DNA from: Paraphysomonas bandaiensis
Taxonomy: Eukaryota; Protista; Chrysophyceae
Direction of reading: 5' to 3'
NCBI GenBank assembly: GCA_965644295.1
Contig: CBFFRP010000565.1
Location: forward strand, 1-64,000
Length of the DNA stretch: 64,000 nt
In this document: piece by piece, positions 11,101-24,543 of the stretch
How the letters are laid out: the number at the start of each line of letters is the position of its first letter
Position numbering within the stretch: position 1 is the stretch's first letter
Translations under genes and position numbers: made by a program
The notes under the pieces: model-generated
What the model was told of the DNA's origin: nothing
Databases searched by the model: none
Seen by the model: the letters and a program-made list of their open reading frames with translations, nothing else

Positions 11101-14100
11101 ATACTTCTACAGCAGTCGGTCTCAAGTAAAAAGTCCGCGACAAGACGTTACATATCTCTTCCGTAGACCATTGAGAACTTGGAAATGTCTCTGTGGCCCA
11201 AAGAAACTCGTAATTTTCCATCCGGCCACTCGAGACATTTAGCACAGCTGGTTTTCTGCGAGGTCCAGGACCATGTTTAGTGAATGTAATACGTGTGCTA
11301 GTTACCTCCAGCATGCCGTACGCTGGAGGGCACATAGAATTTGTTGAAGGTGTAATAATCTCACACTCATGAGAAAACAAAACTTTTCCAGTGTCTGCGT
11401 TGGCCCCTTCAGATACTTCAGCAGTGATAACTTTGGTATCCTGACCTCGCAATGGAGAGGACTGTGTGCCTGACTTCTCAACAGTATCGGTTTCATCCAC
11501 GAGAACCTGTTCTTCAGGAGACAGCTCTCCATCGTCGCCGTCAGGGTCATTGGGGTCACCTTCGCCGGAACGTTGGATAGCGCGAGTTTGGTACTTGATG
11601 AGGTCTTTCCAGAGTCCCTGTGAGACGGTTTTTGACGACGGCCCTACTGTCACAGTACTATGTAGAAAGTCAAAATAAATGATCATACATTATGCATGAA
11701 ACAGTACCTGCTTGCCACAGTCATTTTATCTTCAGTGAGGTCCGATGCAGTCGACACTGCAGAAAAATCGTCTTCACAATCGGAATCTCCACCCGATCTA
11801 CCTTTAGAGAAGTAAGTTGCCATTTGATGACTCGACCCATAGGGATTTCGGCGGAGCTTGTATCGTTTGCGTTGATAATCTTCACTGAAGTCCATCATCC
11901 AATAAACCTTAAGAACAGTTAAAACGACAGAAAAGGCATCAACAATAGCACCTCTACAGACTCCTCCGCACCCACTCCCCACGGGCCGCGCTCGTTGGCT
12001 AGCTCTTCCAATATCATATTCCATCTCGACGCATTCCTCTTTCTAAGAGACTCCGATGATCGTACCAACCGCTGCATTGCATTAGTTTCATGTTCATTCG
12101 CCTTCCTGCTGAATGTTTGAGATTTCCTTGATAAAATCGCAAAGTTGTTGACTTCTTCTGACCGCATCATATCAAGCTGCTGAGCCGCATGGCGAGTATT
12201 TTTATGCAAACCTAGCTCCGTTAACGTGCTCGTCAGAGCTTCGTCTTCCATTCGAATCGCCTCCTGCAAGACCCCACTCATAGCTGAGTCCCATACTTGC
12301 CACGTGAAAGTTGAGTCTGATGGTATTCGAAGTGCGATATTTATCGCCATTATCGTCGTCTCGGAAGTACTACGACGGCCCTCCGATGAACTATCTAATA
12401 TACGCGCACCGATGGCACGTGTGCCTGGAGTATGAAGAATGTCATCATCAAATGAAGGTCTTTCTTTCTCGTTTTTCTCATCGATAGTATCATCGGTAGA
12501 TGCAGATGACAGTGCAGAAGGACGAGGAGATGGGAGCGAAAGAGACATTCTAGAATCTACAAATGTGTCATCAGCACCCTCTTCAGATACATCATAATAT
12601 AACCCAAGATTTTCTAAACGTTTAAATACGCTTTCTTTCGATTTTTCAACTAACTCAACTAATAGCTGTATAGAATCTTGAACCCAAGACTCAGACGGGC
12701 GGTGAGCGGTATGTCGTAACACATCAGCAATTTTAACAGCAGCATGAAGGATCTCGAACCGATGTGCTCCCCAATCCTTCACTTCTAGCGTATTAATAGT
12801 ACGACGGAGACGCTTCAATGCTTGTAACTGTGATGACTGCTTCGCCGGAGAAAGCGTAGTTCGTGAAGAGCCAGTCTGGCTGAAAATATTACAGAGAACA
12901 CGAACTAAACGCCAACATATTTGTGAAGAAATCTTCCATGCCGGGATCGCCCTACCAGTGATGGAGTGCTCCAACACAGTCTCGGGCTCTCCCGCAGGAG
13001 CAGTGTGAGGCACAACATCCTCAATAGTGTCATTCATAATGTCCAACAGACCTTGCGATGCCTTTATCCCGACACTAAGAGCAATTTTCATGCTCACTTT
13101 ACCTTTCCTGTGAAAATCGGGGTCAAGTGTCTCCAACAGAGTGATGATGCTATCCAGAAGATTCCACATTGATTCACCGCATTCATTATTTTGCACTCCA
13201 CTCGAGTCTACATGCCGAACCATTCCTGGAGGAGAGGAATTTCTTCGAGATATTGTTTTCTGACTAAGGGGGCGCGGGGGTGGGCTAGTCATCGGTGCTC
13301 CATCCCCTTCAAAGACACCTGACACAGATATGCGAGTAGGAGATTTTCGGGGATTGCCTCCGGAGCACTCATCGTTACTATCAGTTATCACAGACAGATC
13401 GGAAGTGTTTTTTTTCATTGCAGGCGATGAATATCCGCCGGCGACACTTATCATCGTGGAGTAAGGGCTGGCTATATCCGTCATTTCAGATGGAGGATCA
13501 TGACTAGAACGCACTGACATTGGCTCTGAGTGAATCCTACTTAGTGATGGAGGTGGTACCTCAGGTGTACTTTTTCGTCTCACAGGAGTTGAGTCATTCT
13601 TACTGTAGGACTCTGACCTCCTCAATGGTGTCACTTCACCCGATGGTGTTCTCTGCAATGCGGGCGATGACGATGAATCGCCAATAGACTTCTTCAGAGT
13701 CACATCGGCAACAACAGGGGCGGTCACGAACTCCAAAATAAACGAGGCAGTCAACCAACAGCATATGTTAAAAGTTCTCATTCGTATATGATGATGAAGT
13801 TCCAATTCTTTAGAATCCATGTTTTTCCAAGAATCTTGGCGAAGAATCAAAGCGTTGACTATTTGTTGAAGTAGGCTAATTCCAAAAACTTCTACGTCCA
13901 ATTCTCCCATTTCCGCATAGCAACGTAGCATTGACATCGTCTCCTGAAGAACCTTGGGCCCAAATATTCTCTTCCCTTTAGCAATATCTTGCAGCATTGT
14001 TATAGGGTTGGGCTTAGGGGGGGTATACGTATTTTCGTTTGTGGGGCGGCTGATAACAACTTCAGGTACCGGACAACCGAATTCAATTGTATGCAGAAAG

Positions 14101-17100
14101 AGCTCACATATCATTCGGATTCCAGTATCTAAAATTCCAGTTGACCGATCCAGTTCCTTTACTGCACTACCACTACTATAACTCCCACCTTCGCTACTAC
14201 TACGTATCTTGCACTGTAGTACTTGAATTCGTCTTTGTTCAGACGTCAAAAACTCAAATAAAGACGTTTGCCACATTGGAACCTGAAGCAAGAGATCACA
14301 GTTTGAAAAGCTCTGTAATTTCGTTTTAATTCCAACTAAAGTAGAAAATCGCAGCGCATAAGGAACTATATCCCTGCTTATAAACCTCAATGTAGCAGGA
14401 ACAAACGCCGCAACACAAAATATGCTCTCCGAAAGGTGCTCGCTCATAGGACATGATCCTAAGTTGGTGCTATTGCTGTGGTCACTAGATCTTCCTGAAT
14501 CGGGAAAAGAATCATCTAAATTTACAAACAGATCGTCTATTTCACTGACGATATCTGTACTCGGCAGGCCCACCATGGTGTGTGTCATTATACTCACTAT
14601 TACTTTGCACTGTTGGTCCACGAGATGACTGTTCAAAATATCCATTTCAATCATTCTCAAAAGATTATCTTGGGCCCATAACAGAACGTAGCGCAAGTTG
14701 GACACAGGAATTCCGATCGCTGCAAAACTATCAACAGTGACATCGGCTTTGGTACTACCACGTCCACTTTTACCAATAGAAAATTTCGGAGTTACAGGGT
14801 TAGACATCGGAGCAACAAAGGAAAAGGAATTCTTAGGAGATGACGTCGATGATGGAGTGGTATAATTTCTGGAGGCAACTGATCTTGACTTTGGTCTGCT
14901 GCTCTCTCTGTTGTCTAGACTATCTACCCCGGACTCAATATCTGAGTCAAGAGAAGATTCGGAAATATCAGATAAAGTGTCAGCAGTTTCTTCAGGAAAA
15001 AATACAGATTCTTTCACAGTAGCCTCTGACCCTTTTCCATGAAAAGAAACACTCAAACTACTCGTCGAACTCTTCGGAGACAAAGTATGACTTCGCAACA
15101 TAGGTTTTTTCTTCTTCTTATCCAACACGCCAAACTCTGGAAGATCGCCATGCGCAGTAGCAATTTGAATGACATTGCACAGAGCTAAGAAAGCATACAT
15201 TCGAACTCTTGGGTTAGGATTCAGATGGAGAGCAAGGAGTGGGTATATTTTAACCCCAGTGCTAAAGCCACTGAGAAGTTTCTTGTGAAGCTGGACCGAA
15301 GGCGTGGCAAGCAACCGTATGAGAAGCTGTAATGCCTGAACTTTAGCTCGCGGGGTAGACTCATGTGAAGCATAGTACATGATACACTGAACTTCTTCCT
15401 CCACTGGGGTACCGGATATTGCCTCTAGCCGATTATATGACATTTCTGAAAATCTACACACGATTAGGGCATAAATCATGCGGAAAATTAGGTGCCGTAT
15501 GTCGTCCAGCTGATCTCCTGCTAACTTCTCCGCCACCACTTCTCCTGTGGCCTCGTGGACATAGCTCTGAGTCGAATAAATGCTACCCTGTCGTTTAATG
15601 TAATTTGTACGACGCGATGGAGCAAATCGCGTCGACGTCGAATGCCTCTCTTCAAACTCTTCGTCATCGGAGCATGCCAAAGTTGTTTCATTTTCAGTCG
15701 TGAGAGTGGGGTCGTCAGAATCTCCAGAAGGCTCCTTAAAACTTGAAGGAGGAAGGCCGTGTGAATAAATTACATAGAGAGCATCAAATAACTCTCGAAC
15801 GGATATAATTTCCCGTATCATATCAGGTTTCTTTTGACATAGTTGAAGTAGATGATTGAATAAATGTAACTGTGTGTCGTATGTGGCGAACATCCAAAGC
15901 TTGAAATTTAATAAAATGTATTTCACAACATCTCCGTACCAATCCTTTCTCCATAGAAGCTTTTCAGAGTTCTCTATAAAAACGTTTAAAAGCTCCAACG
16001 TCAAGTACTGTGGAGATATTCTTTCCAAGAAATAAGCCACAAGTTGAAATCCAGACTGCATCATAAACTGCCGACTCTCATCACTGTCCCTCGTGAGAGA
16101 AAAAAACAACTCCACCACTTCGACAGACAGCTTTGTGTCAATATCATAGTTGGGTGTCATGTCGTCATTGAGAGCCGGAAGGTCGAATTGAGCGAAAAGT
16201 GGGATTAAAACACGTTTGCCACCGAGACAATCCAGAGCATCGCGCATATCCCTAAAAGTGCAACGGTAGGTTCCGGGGAGCATGTACGCGTGCATTTTCC
16301 CACCCATACGTGAATTAGGTAGGCGCTGAAGGTGCCCAGACCGATTAAAGTCCGACGAGTGCTGTTTCGGTCCAGAACCGACGCGCCCCGTGCTTTGTCT
16401 TGATTCCTTTCCCCACCTGACGGCGTTCTTTTCTGGAGTCATATCAAGAAAGTAGTTTCCGTCCCACACTCCTGGATTATAAGCCAGCATGATCACAGAT
16501 GAAAGTGCATCCAGATTCAAGTTCGCGGCATGACCGCCATCCGAGAGCTGTCCCTGTGAGCCCCTACGAGTGATCTGAGAGTTATCGAATTCACGTGATA
16601 TGTCCATCCCTATTGCATATAGTTTTCTCATTTGCATTTCAGGCAGCGCCTCAGAAAATACATAGATGGACCCCATTTGACCCCTTAACGATGTCGCGGA
16701 AGAAACACTAGCTAAGGCTGGAGTACAATCTCCAATCACAGGCTCTTCGATTTCACCGAGAAACTTGGGATATGAGAGTTGGTGTTTACTATAAAAGTTA
16801 TTAATTAGTACACCAAGTTCACTTCGACTGCGGAACTTTCCAGTAGAATGCGAGAATGCAAGAAAATACCACTGCCCTCCACGAATAGGTTTTTGTCTCA
16901 AATCTTCGTCCATTACATGAGATATTTCGACACGACTTGGCTGCGAACTTTCTGACGCATCTTTGTGCGTCTGAAAAATTAGAGTGTATGTCGATGAGTG
17001 AGGGCTATTTAGTTTCAAAAAAACTTCTAATCCGATTCCAGAATTCTGGCGAAACGATAGTAGCGTTGGACGATAGTGCAAGCTGTCTTCGTCACTACGA

Positions 17101-20100
17101 ATACTTTTCATATCACCCAATGAACCAATAGATGACATGTCTCGGGACGTACTATCTTGCCGCATAAAGCTTGGGCTACGAACGCAAAACCAAAAACAAA
17201 ATGTATATCCATTAGTGGCAGGCCACCGATGTATAGATGGAATTCTAAGGCCCGTTTCACCGCTGCCTTCAAATAAAAAGAAATGTTTCGGGCTCTTGGA
17301 GTCGTTTACCATCAATCGAAGACAGCGCAGCAACATCCACGAATAAGTCGGCCTATGATCTCCTTGGGTATGCATCAGACGAAATAACCTTTTTAACTGA
17401 GCAACAGATATGTTGTGCTTTCCTATAACTTGCATCAAATCTACACAGAGCGGTTTCGAAATATCAGACAATTTCATGAACAAATCTAATAAACAGTCAA
17501 GTATAGGGGGCTGCATATCACCACACTTCGATAAATTAACTAAGGAGAAGCGGCCTACCAATAAGTTTCGTAGAGAATTTAGAATACACTGCTGAACTTC
17601 GGGAACACAAGACGGAATGAGTAGCAGCATTATCGGGATTACAATAAGATTCGATAAACACACTTTGGAATCATCAGTATAAAACAATCCATTTTCTGGA
17701 ACGATGCCCTTGTCCATAATATCTCTATTATTCGCACAAGGTCCATCCAACAACATATCAAATAGTATCACTATGGTTTCAAATGACGGAGCTTTCTCCA
17801 GTGCAGTAATCATTCCAGCAACATCATGAAAATTGCATGCACTGAACGGATTCGTGCCAAGAATCGTATCTGTACTTGTAGAGGAGGTGACTTTCGCCTT
17901 ATTTTTGGAATACTTTTTCAGGAGCATTAAGCAGGCAAACTTGTGCTTCGTGATATCGCTGTCTACCATTAACGCGGTTAACATTGCCAGAAAATGCCTA
18001 AATACTGTAATTCTAGTTTCAGAATCCCATGATATAGCTGAATCACCACTGGACCTTTTCATGCACTCATCAACACTGAGAAAAAACTCCCTGAATATAT
18101 GGGGTCTAGGCTTCAACCAGTTCAGGGCCTGGTGATATGGGCCCATTGGTCCGTACTGCAACATCATGTTCTGGTAATATGGTAGATAAAGTGCGCGGTC
18201 AGGGTTGCATAGAAAACTCTTCATCCATTCGTATGTCGAGATTACAACACCAGCGCCATCACACCATGCTGGCTGCAACATCGCGAACTTAATATGACTC
18301 ACAAATAAGCACTTTATAATGTCATGAAAAACGGCATGATGCACAGTTTTTGTGCCATCCATATCTGCCTTTGAACTTTGTCGTTTTAACGCAATCCCAC
18401 CACGTCCAGTACCCCCCTGAATTAATGCAACAGATGCTGATGTACTGCTGCTTGAGTACGATCGGCCTGCCTGTCTAAAGTCTATGGGTATATTGTGGCA
18501 CATACATGTACAAACATGCAGAACCTCCATCAGCAGATACAGTGCAATATCACGACATTTGGGATCTAGCATCAGCAACAGCAACGTAACATGCTTAGGA
18601 GTTGCCGATGTCGACTCCTGGTTTCCCGACTCACGACTAATAGCTCCAGACGAAGAAAATGCCGGCTGATGAGACGCTGAAGGCGTATTCTTCGGAAGAA
18701 AGGCCTTGCACCAACTCTTTCCAGGAGATATTAACATGATTGTCAGCACTAAATCTATAACCGTCGTTCTAGCGGGCCACAGAAATGGTCTAATCATGTG
18801 TATATCAGAATACTCTTCGCCAATCCAAAATGGAGGTGAACCACCGTCACCAGCTGGAGGAGTCGACGTTGTGTCGCAACTGCTGAGCAGCTGGTATTTA
18901 CAGAGCGATAGACACTTGAAGAGTATATGCTTATACTTATCGTTGCCAGACGTTTTAATATTCAACACTTTAACCTCACGAATCAAAATACATTTAATCC
19001 AATTTATGGTCTGTAAAACGATGTGATCCGGAGTATCCCTGCCAACAGCCTGTAAAATGGAATAAAGCTCTGTGGTAGAACCAACGCTCGGCGCTTTTGC
19101 CAACGAAGACTGATTCGGAACATCAACTGAACTGACCACAATAGACATAAGTTGAAAAACTGAATCGAACAACGACAGCCACGCGAACGCTTTCACGATA
19201 ATAGCATTTGTAATATCTGACCATTCATCTTCTAGATCAGCTTCTAAACCAGTTCCAACATGCAAGGGTTCTTCGTCGGGGGAAAGTGCAAAACTTTCAT
19301 CAAGACCAGGAGTAGCTTCACCGGCATTCATATCATCCGCTGACGGACTAGGACTCAGATTTCCATCCAAATATAGAGTCTCCATTAGAGTTGTGTCAGA
19401 TAGAGGGCTATTAATAGTACTGTCAAGTGCAGAGTTGTTAGTAAGAATGCTACTGGTCATGCCAGGTCGGGTATCGGATTCGTCTTCTACATCAAAGAAT
19501 GAATTTTCATTGACATCGCGGTAGCTTTCTGTATCATCCTTTGATCGGGATATAGAATCAATAGAATCGAACCGCAAGCGATGGTTGGACTCGTCCTCTG
19601 ACAAACTGGCACTCCGGCTACCTGCATGGTCAGATGTCGATATGTCGTCCTCGTCACCATGATCTTCTAGGACATCCACAGCTTTAGTAGAAGTATACCC
19701 TAAACCCTTCCCAGGAGTACTTCGAGAAGATACTCGACTGCTAAGTACTGTGGAGAGTCTTGGCGGCTCCAAATAGTCTAACTCATCAGTCTGCAAACTC
19801 CACATTGATGTCGTGCTTTCCAAACCATCGAGAGCAGCGCCTTCATTTTTCGTAGTGACACGCTTACCCTTCAAGAGCAACGCAGATATATCGTCCTGGC
19901 CACCAAGAAGGAAGCTTGACGATGATGCTAAAAGTGCCCATGTCTTGTGATGACGACAAGTGGCGATAGTTTCATCAGGAAAGGTTTCCACACAGAGCGC
20001 GATGAAATGGACCATATGCATCTGAAAAACTGGCAATAATGAATACTCCGTCCCACTCTCTCCCGATGGTACGTTCAGCGAATTTCGCATAGAAGTTTGT

Positions 20101-22386
20101 GACTGCGCTTCGGCGCATACATGCAAAGATTGAAGTATACTACCAAGAATTGATGATAAAAAGCGCATTCGGGCAACCCATCCATCGTCGGCAACAGTTT
20201 TAGACATTAGCTTTAAGTCCGTCTTCTGCGTGGCTTTGCATATTCCAAATAATATGACAAACAGTCGATCCCAAATATCCGCAGCAACACCATTGACGAA
20301 CCATGGCAATGAGCAGTCCGAAGGTGCCGCTTGCTTTCCTTCAAACACATCTGCCACAGCTCTGACAAGAGAATAGTCGTCTGAATTCTTCATACTCCGT
20401 ATATACTTTTTTGCAAGAGAATCCGCGCCCGCGTACTGAAGCATAACAGATCCCCAATCGCATAAATCAACATTAAAACTTCCCGAAGTGTCACTGAAAC
20501 TACTTTTCATTTGCATGTTTAGAGTCGGGGATTCATTCATATGTGGTGTGTGGGTCCAAGGCCACATATCTGATTCCGGCTTAGGGGAAGGAATACGAGA
20601 CACGGCTTCTACCTTAACTCTGACATTGCGATGACGGTGGCTATCCAGCTCCACAGCATTCAATGCATCTTGGGTGATTAAATACGTCTGCAGCCAAGCC
20701 ATGAAAAGCTGCAGGCTCTCGAGCGAGGTTAATGTGTCTCTGATTGACATGTCGGCGGCATCAGCTTCATTACACGAGCTAAACACAACCTGTTCTACCA
20801 GTCGAAGACAGAGTATACCTCGATGTACGCCAGCATGGAAATCGTCGGAGGAAATCATATCATACGGAGGTGCATCCTGCATTGAGAGAAGAGAGCTCAA
20901 TACCCCAGCGCCATTACAAACACAAAATCTAGTTCGCGTTGCCCGCTGATGAGAGCACATATAGGCCAATAATGCAACGAGTGCCTCACTTTGTAGCGCC
21001 ACGCAGCCTCTCCACAAAACGGTGATGCGAGTAGTCCTTGTGTGTCGAGGGCTGTCCTCCTCACACACAGCCTCTGGCTCCGAGTTGGCAAAAACTCCAG
21101 GTTGGTATAGGTGCGGTGAAGCTAGTGCCCGAGAAAGATATGCTAGCTTGTTTAAAAGAGATATGAGTACGCGAACTGCGCCACATTGGATGAGGTGAGA
21201 AGACCATCCATCTACACTCTCATCTGGGCTTAGAGGGGCTTGTTGCGCAGCATCTTGCCTTATTCCTGTAGAGGATGCCGTTGATTCTCCACGGATTCGA
21301 CCGGGTGAGGCCGTTGAACGTCGTCTCCTGTAGGGTGGGAGTTCACCATCTTCCCTGAACTGACAAGCCTCAGCATAATCACATACATCCACGAACCCAA
21401 AACGCTTCATTGCTTCAGTATCCCAAGGTTGTAAGGGAAGTGATCCACTGTAGCACCTTTCAGCTGTGCGGGGAAGTTGCGGGGAACCTCGGGCTACCAC
21501 TTGTACTAAAGACACCAAAGACTGTAGAATAAAGCTCGCATCCTCCTCCAGCCTGCTGTCTTGACCAGCGGAATTATATTCTACCCACTCTGCAGATTTA
21601 CATCGCTCAATGTAACCCACAATTACTTCCTCTAACTTCACCACAAATGCACGAATGACTTGAATCAATAAACGAGTGTAATTCTTTCCTAAGTGCTCCA
21701 GCATGACGTCGCGATTGTGGGGCCAGAATGACAACAGTGACAGAATGTAACAGATATACAAGAAATGGCATCGGGAATCGTGGCGTTGTGACGCTTCTAC
21801 GGCCGTGCTGTCATCATATGAAAACAAAAACCGCATTGAAACCCCGATGGAATCTGATAACAGAAGTTTGTCTGTGTCAACTGGATGGGCTTCTGCTAGC
21901 CACTCTTGCGCTTTGTCAGATCCAGTGCTACCTTCAATTCGAATATACTCAAGGAGTTGTTTCCCCATATGCACCACAATTTCAGTAGGGTGACCCCAGG
22001 TATCTTCAATACAAGCTGGTTCAGTGTCATCATGACAATTGAGAGGTTCGTTTCGTTGATCATCTATCACAGCTTCATATTCTGATATGAAGATAGCAGC
22101 AAAATCTTCGAATTCCTTGGACATCGAGCGATTGCACACAGGGCCCGTATGGCCAGAATTTATGAGAACCCCTGTCATATACTTCTCCCAGGCTAGTGCT
22201 ACACTTCGACCAGCTTCATCAGAGCTAGAAAGGGGTTACGGATTGCATATGGGGAACAACAGTACATATTTACCTTAATCTTGCCTCTGCTAACAGTAGA
22301 GCTTTTTGTTCACTAGCTTTAGCTGGTTGTTTGGTAGTTTTTCTCCCGTCACCATCCCTGAGACCTTTCTGGAAAAAATCAAACAT
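8164..22386 (-). CDS. BEACH-domain protein (neurobeachin/LRBA/NBEAL/LvsC class): ConA-like, PH, BEACH, WD40; ~4,643 aa, 7 exons
   Basis: BEACH motifs ([56 protein letters not shown]), WD40 repeats, ConA-like GYTFCFWF. Exons 22386-22274, 22224-11952, 11907-11708, 11657-9732, 9685-9532, 9480-8464, 8412-8164 join in frame through GT-AG introns of 44-51 nt. Confidence 0.95.
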
Positions 22387-23013
22387 GCTTAACATGCTTG
22401 TGGCTTGGTCGCTTCCAGCTCAAAGGAGAACTCGACAATCACACTCACTCAACAATTATATCAGCATCTCGCATCGTCAGCTTGACGATATTATTATTTC
22501 ATGTATACGAAATGAACAGAATAATGAGTTGCTGAGCAGAAAATGTTCCCACTTTCCTGTAACTAAATCGATATATGTGATATGCTACCACGTGACAGGT
22601 ACAGTATATAGGTAGGCTATGTATAGTATACTGTACCTGGCTGCCTCTATATTCAACTCATACATACAGTATCCTCACACATCAGCACTTCGCTGCCTTC
22701 ACAGCAGCAGCACTTTCGTCTGCTGAATCATATGGATATGACATATATGGGATACAGTATTCGCATTGTATAACACTGTATATTGAACCTGTTGCGGATA
22801 CGCACCATATACGCTGAAATACTCCTTCCTATGCACGTCATTTAGGTGGAGCCAACAATAATCGTGCCAAAGAATTGCAGCAACGAGCTTCGTGAGTGTT
22901 GTGAACTGCGTATCATGGACATGGACATGGGAAGATCGCTCGCATTGAAGGAGTATCTGTCTGTGTGCTCCACAAGAATACGATAATGCATTGTACATAT
23001 CCGTTCCGTTGTA

Positions 23014-23900
23014 GTGTTATATCTTGCTGTTGAGGATATGCAACACACACTACGTTGTAGTCGTCTACAGGATCTAATCATACAGTACGATGTGCTGCAG
23101 CTGTTGCTCATCTCTGACATTGACATGGGTGCCGAGGCCTGCATTGATCTGACCTCTGGTGAGAGAGATTTTACCACTACAGCTATACAGGAGATCCTAT
23201 CAGCCTCTGGAGGTGGTATCAGGGATCAGCACAACTATATATGAGAATGCGTGCAATGAGAACATATAGTCCATACGGCTACTGTAAGTCTGTGCTGATA
23301 TTAATAAGCCTGGTAGAAATGAGCTCACTCGTGTGCTTGTCGCAGTGCGATATGGCCGTATGAATGCTATTCATGCTCTTGATGGTTTGGGGCCAGTATG
23401 CACTCACCGAAAAATGGTAAATCTTATCCTCTCTTGATAGCTGCACTGGAAGGACACCACAATGTGGTCAAGTTGTTCGACGGAGCGGACATGAATACCC
23501 ATTTGAGTTACAGTTTTAAGCGGACATTGTATTTATGGCTTGTTGATGATACTGCAGTATATACTGCTAGCCAGAAAGGGAGACTGGATGCCATTCGAGT
23601 ATATCATGAGTTTGATGTTCCCAAACCTTTACCAGTGTGACACCACATCTACCCTTACTGTATCAGTTAACTAAGGCCAGGAAAATTCATTGTTGACATT
23701 GAGCAGCAGAGGATCAAATCTTCGCTTTCTCATATCAATAAACGTATTGAGTCGTGCTTTGCATGTGACACAGCTGAGCAGAGCAAAGTCAGTTTGCAGG
23801 GGCGGTTGGAAAGCTGTGATGTGGGGCATACTGCGTACTCTACTGTATAAATGGCATCTTGCTGTGTTGGGATGGATCGCATACTATATCGGAAAGTATT
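23014..23900 (+). pseudogene. Decayed ankyrin-repeat gene
   Basis: Ankyrin-like fragments in different frames (AVRYGRMNAIHAL, PLLIAALEGHHNVVKLF, TAVYTASQKGRLDAIRV) separated by stops and frameshifts. Confidence 0.6.
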
Positions 23901-24262
23901 AGCTTAGATAACAACTTAGAATATGTCGGGCTTAATATAGAATACGGAATGGACAATTGATATCAACCTGCTTTGAATTAACTAAAGAGTAAGGGTTAGA
24001 TTGCAAGTCATACTTTTATTGATTATGATAGAGGAAAGAGTATAACCCATATTCACCCTCTAGTTTATATTTTACTTTTTCCAAATGACCTAGCATTTTT
24101 TCTAGCAAGCAATGTTCAACCCGACAAACTAAGCAGCTCAAACACTTTTCTTAATAAATGCTACTAAAGAGCTAAGATATTCTATGTCGCACGCATTTCA
24201 ACAAAACTTCTTTCTCAGCAATGTATCGCTTTCGTGCAATCATATATATTTCTAATACCTTC

Positions 24263-24380
24263 TATTGTAGGCATTTAACATTGAGCTATATTAACACTGC
24301 ACTGTTGCAACACCTATTTCACTTACATTCTATATTATTTAGGAATTTAACATTGAGCCACATTAGCATTGCACTGTTGC
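24263..24380. repeat. Imperfect ~45-bp direct repeat (2 copies)
   Basis: TAGG(C/A)ATTTAACATTGAGC..ATTA.CA.TGCACTGTTGC occurs at ~24268 and ~24340. Confidence 0.7.
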
Positions 24381-24543
24381 CATATGCATTGCTAAATTAA
24401 CGAGTAACTTTGAATAACAGCCACTACTGAAATGCAAAAGCACTGTTTTTCATAAACGACGACACAGGTCATATTGATAAAGAGAAGACTAGACAACGTA
24501 TAAAGTATTAAACACATCACCATTACGAAAACGACTGTTTAAA

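Noticed and set aside
11683-12024. Separate 113-aa ORF suggesting that the BEACH locus is several genes
   Set aside because: It contains exon 3 (11907-11708) of a single spliced gene
12226-21993. Numerous 60-106 aa + strand ORFs
   Set aside because: Antisense to the long BEACH exon and without recognisable motifs
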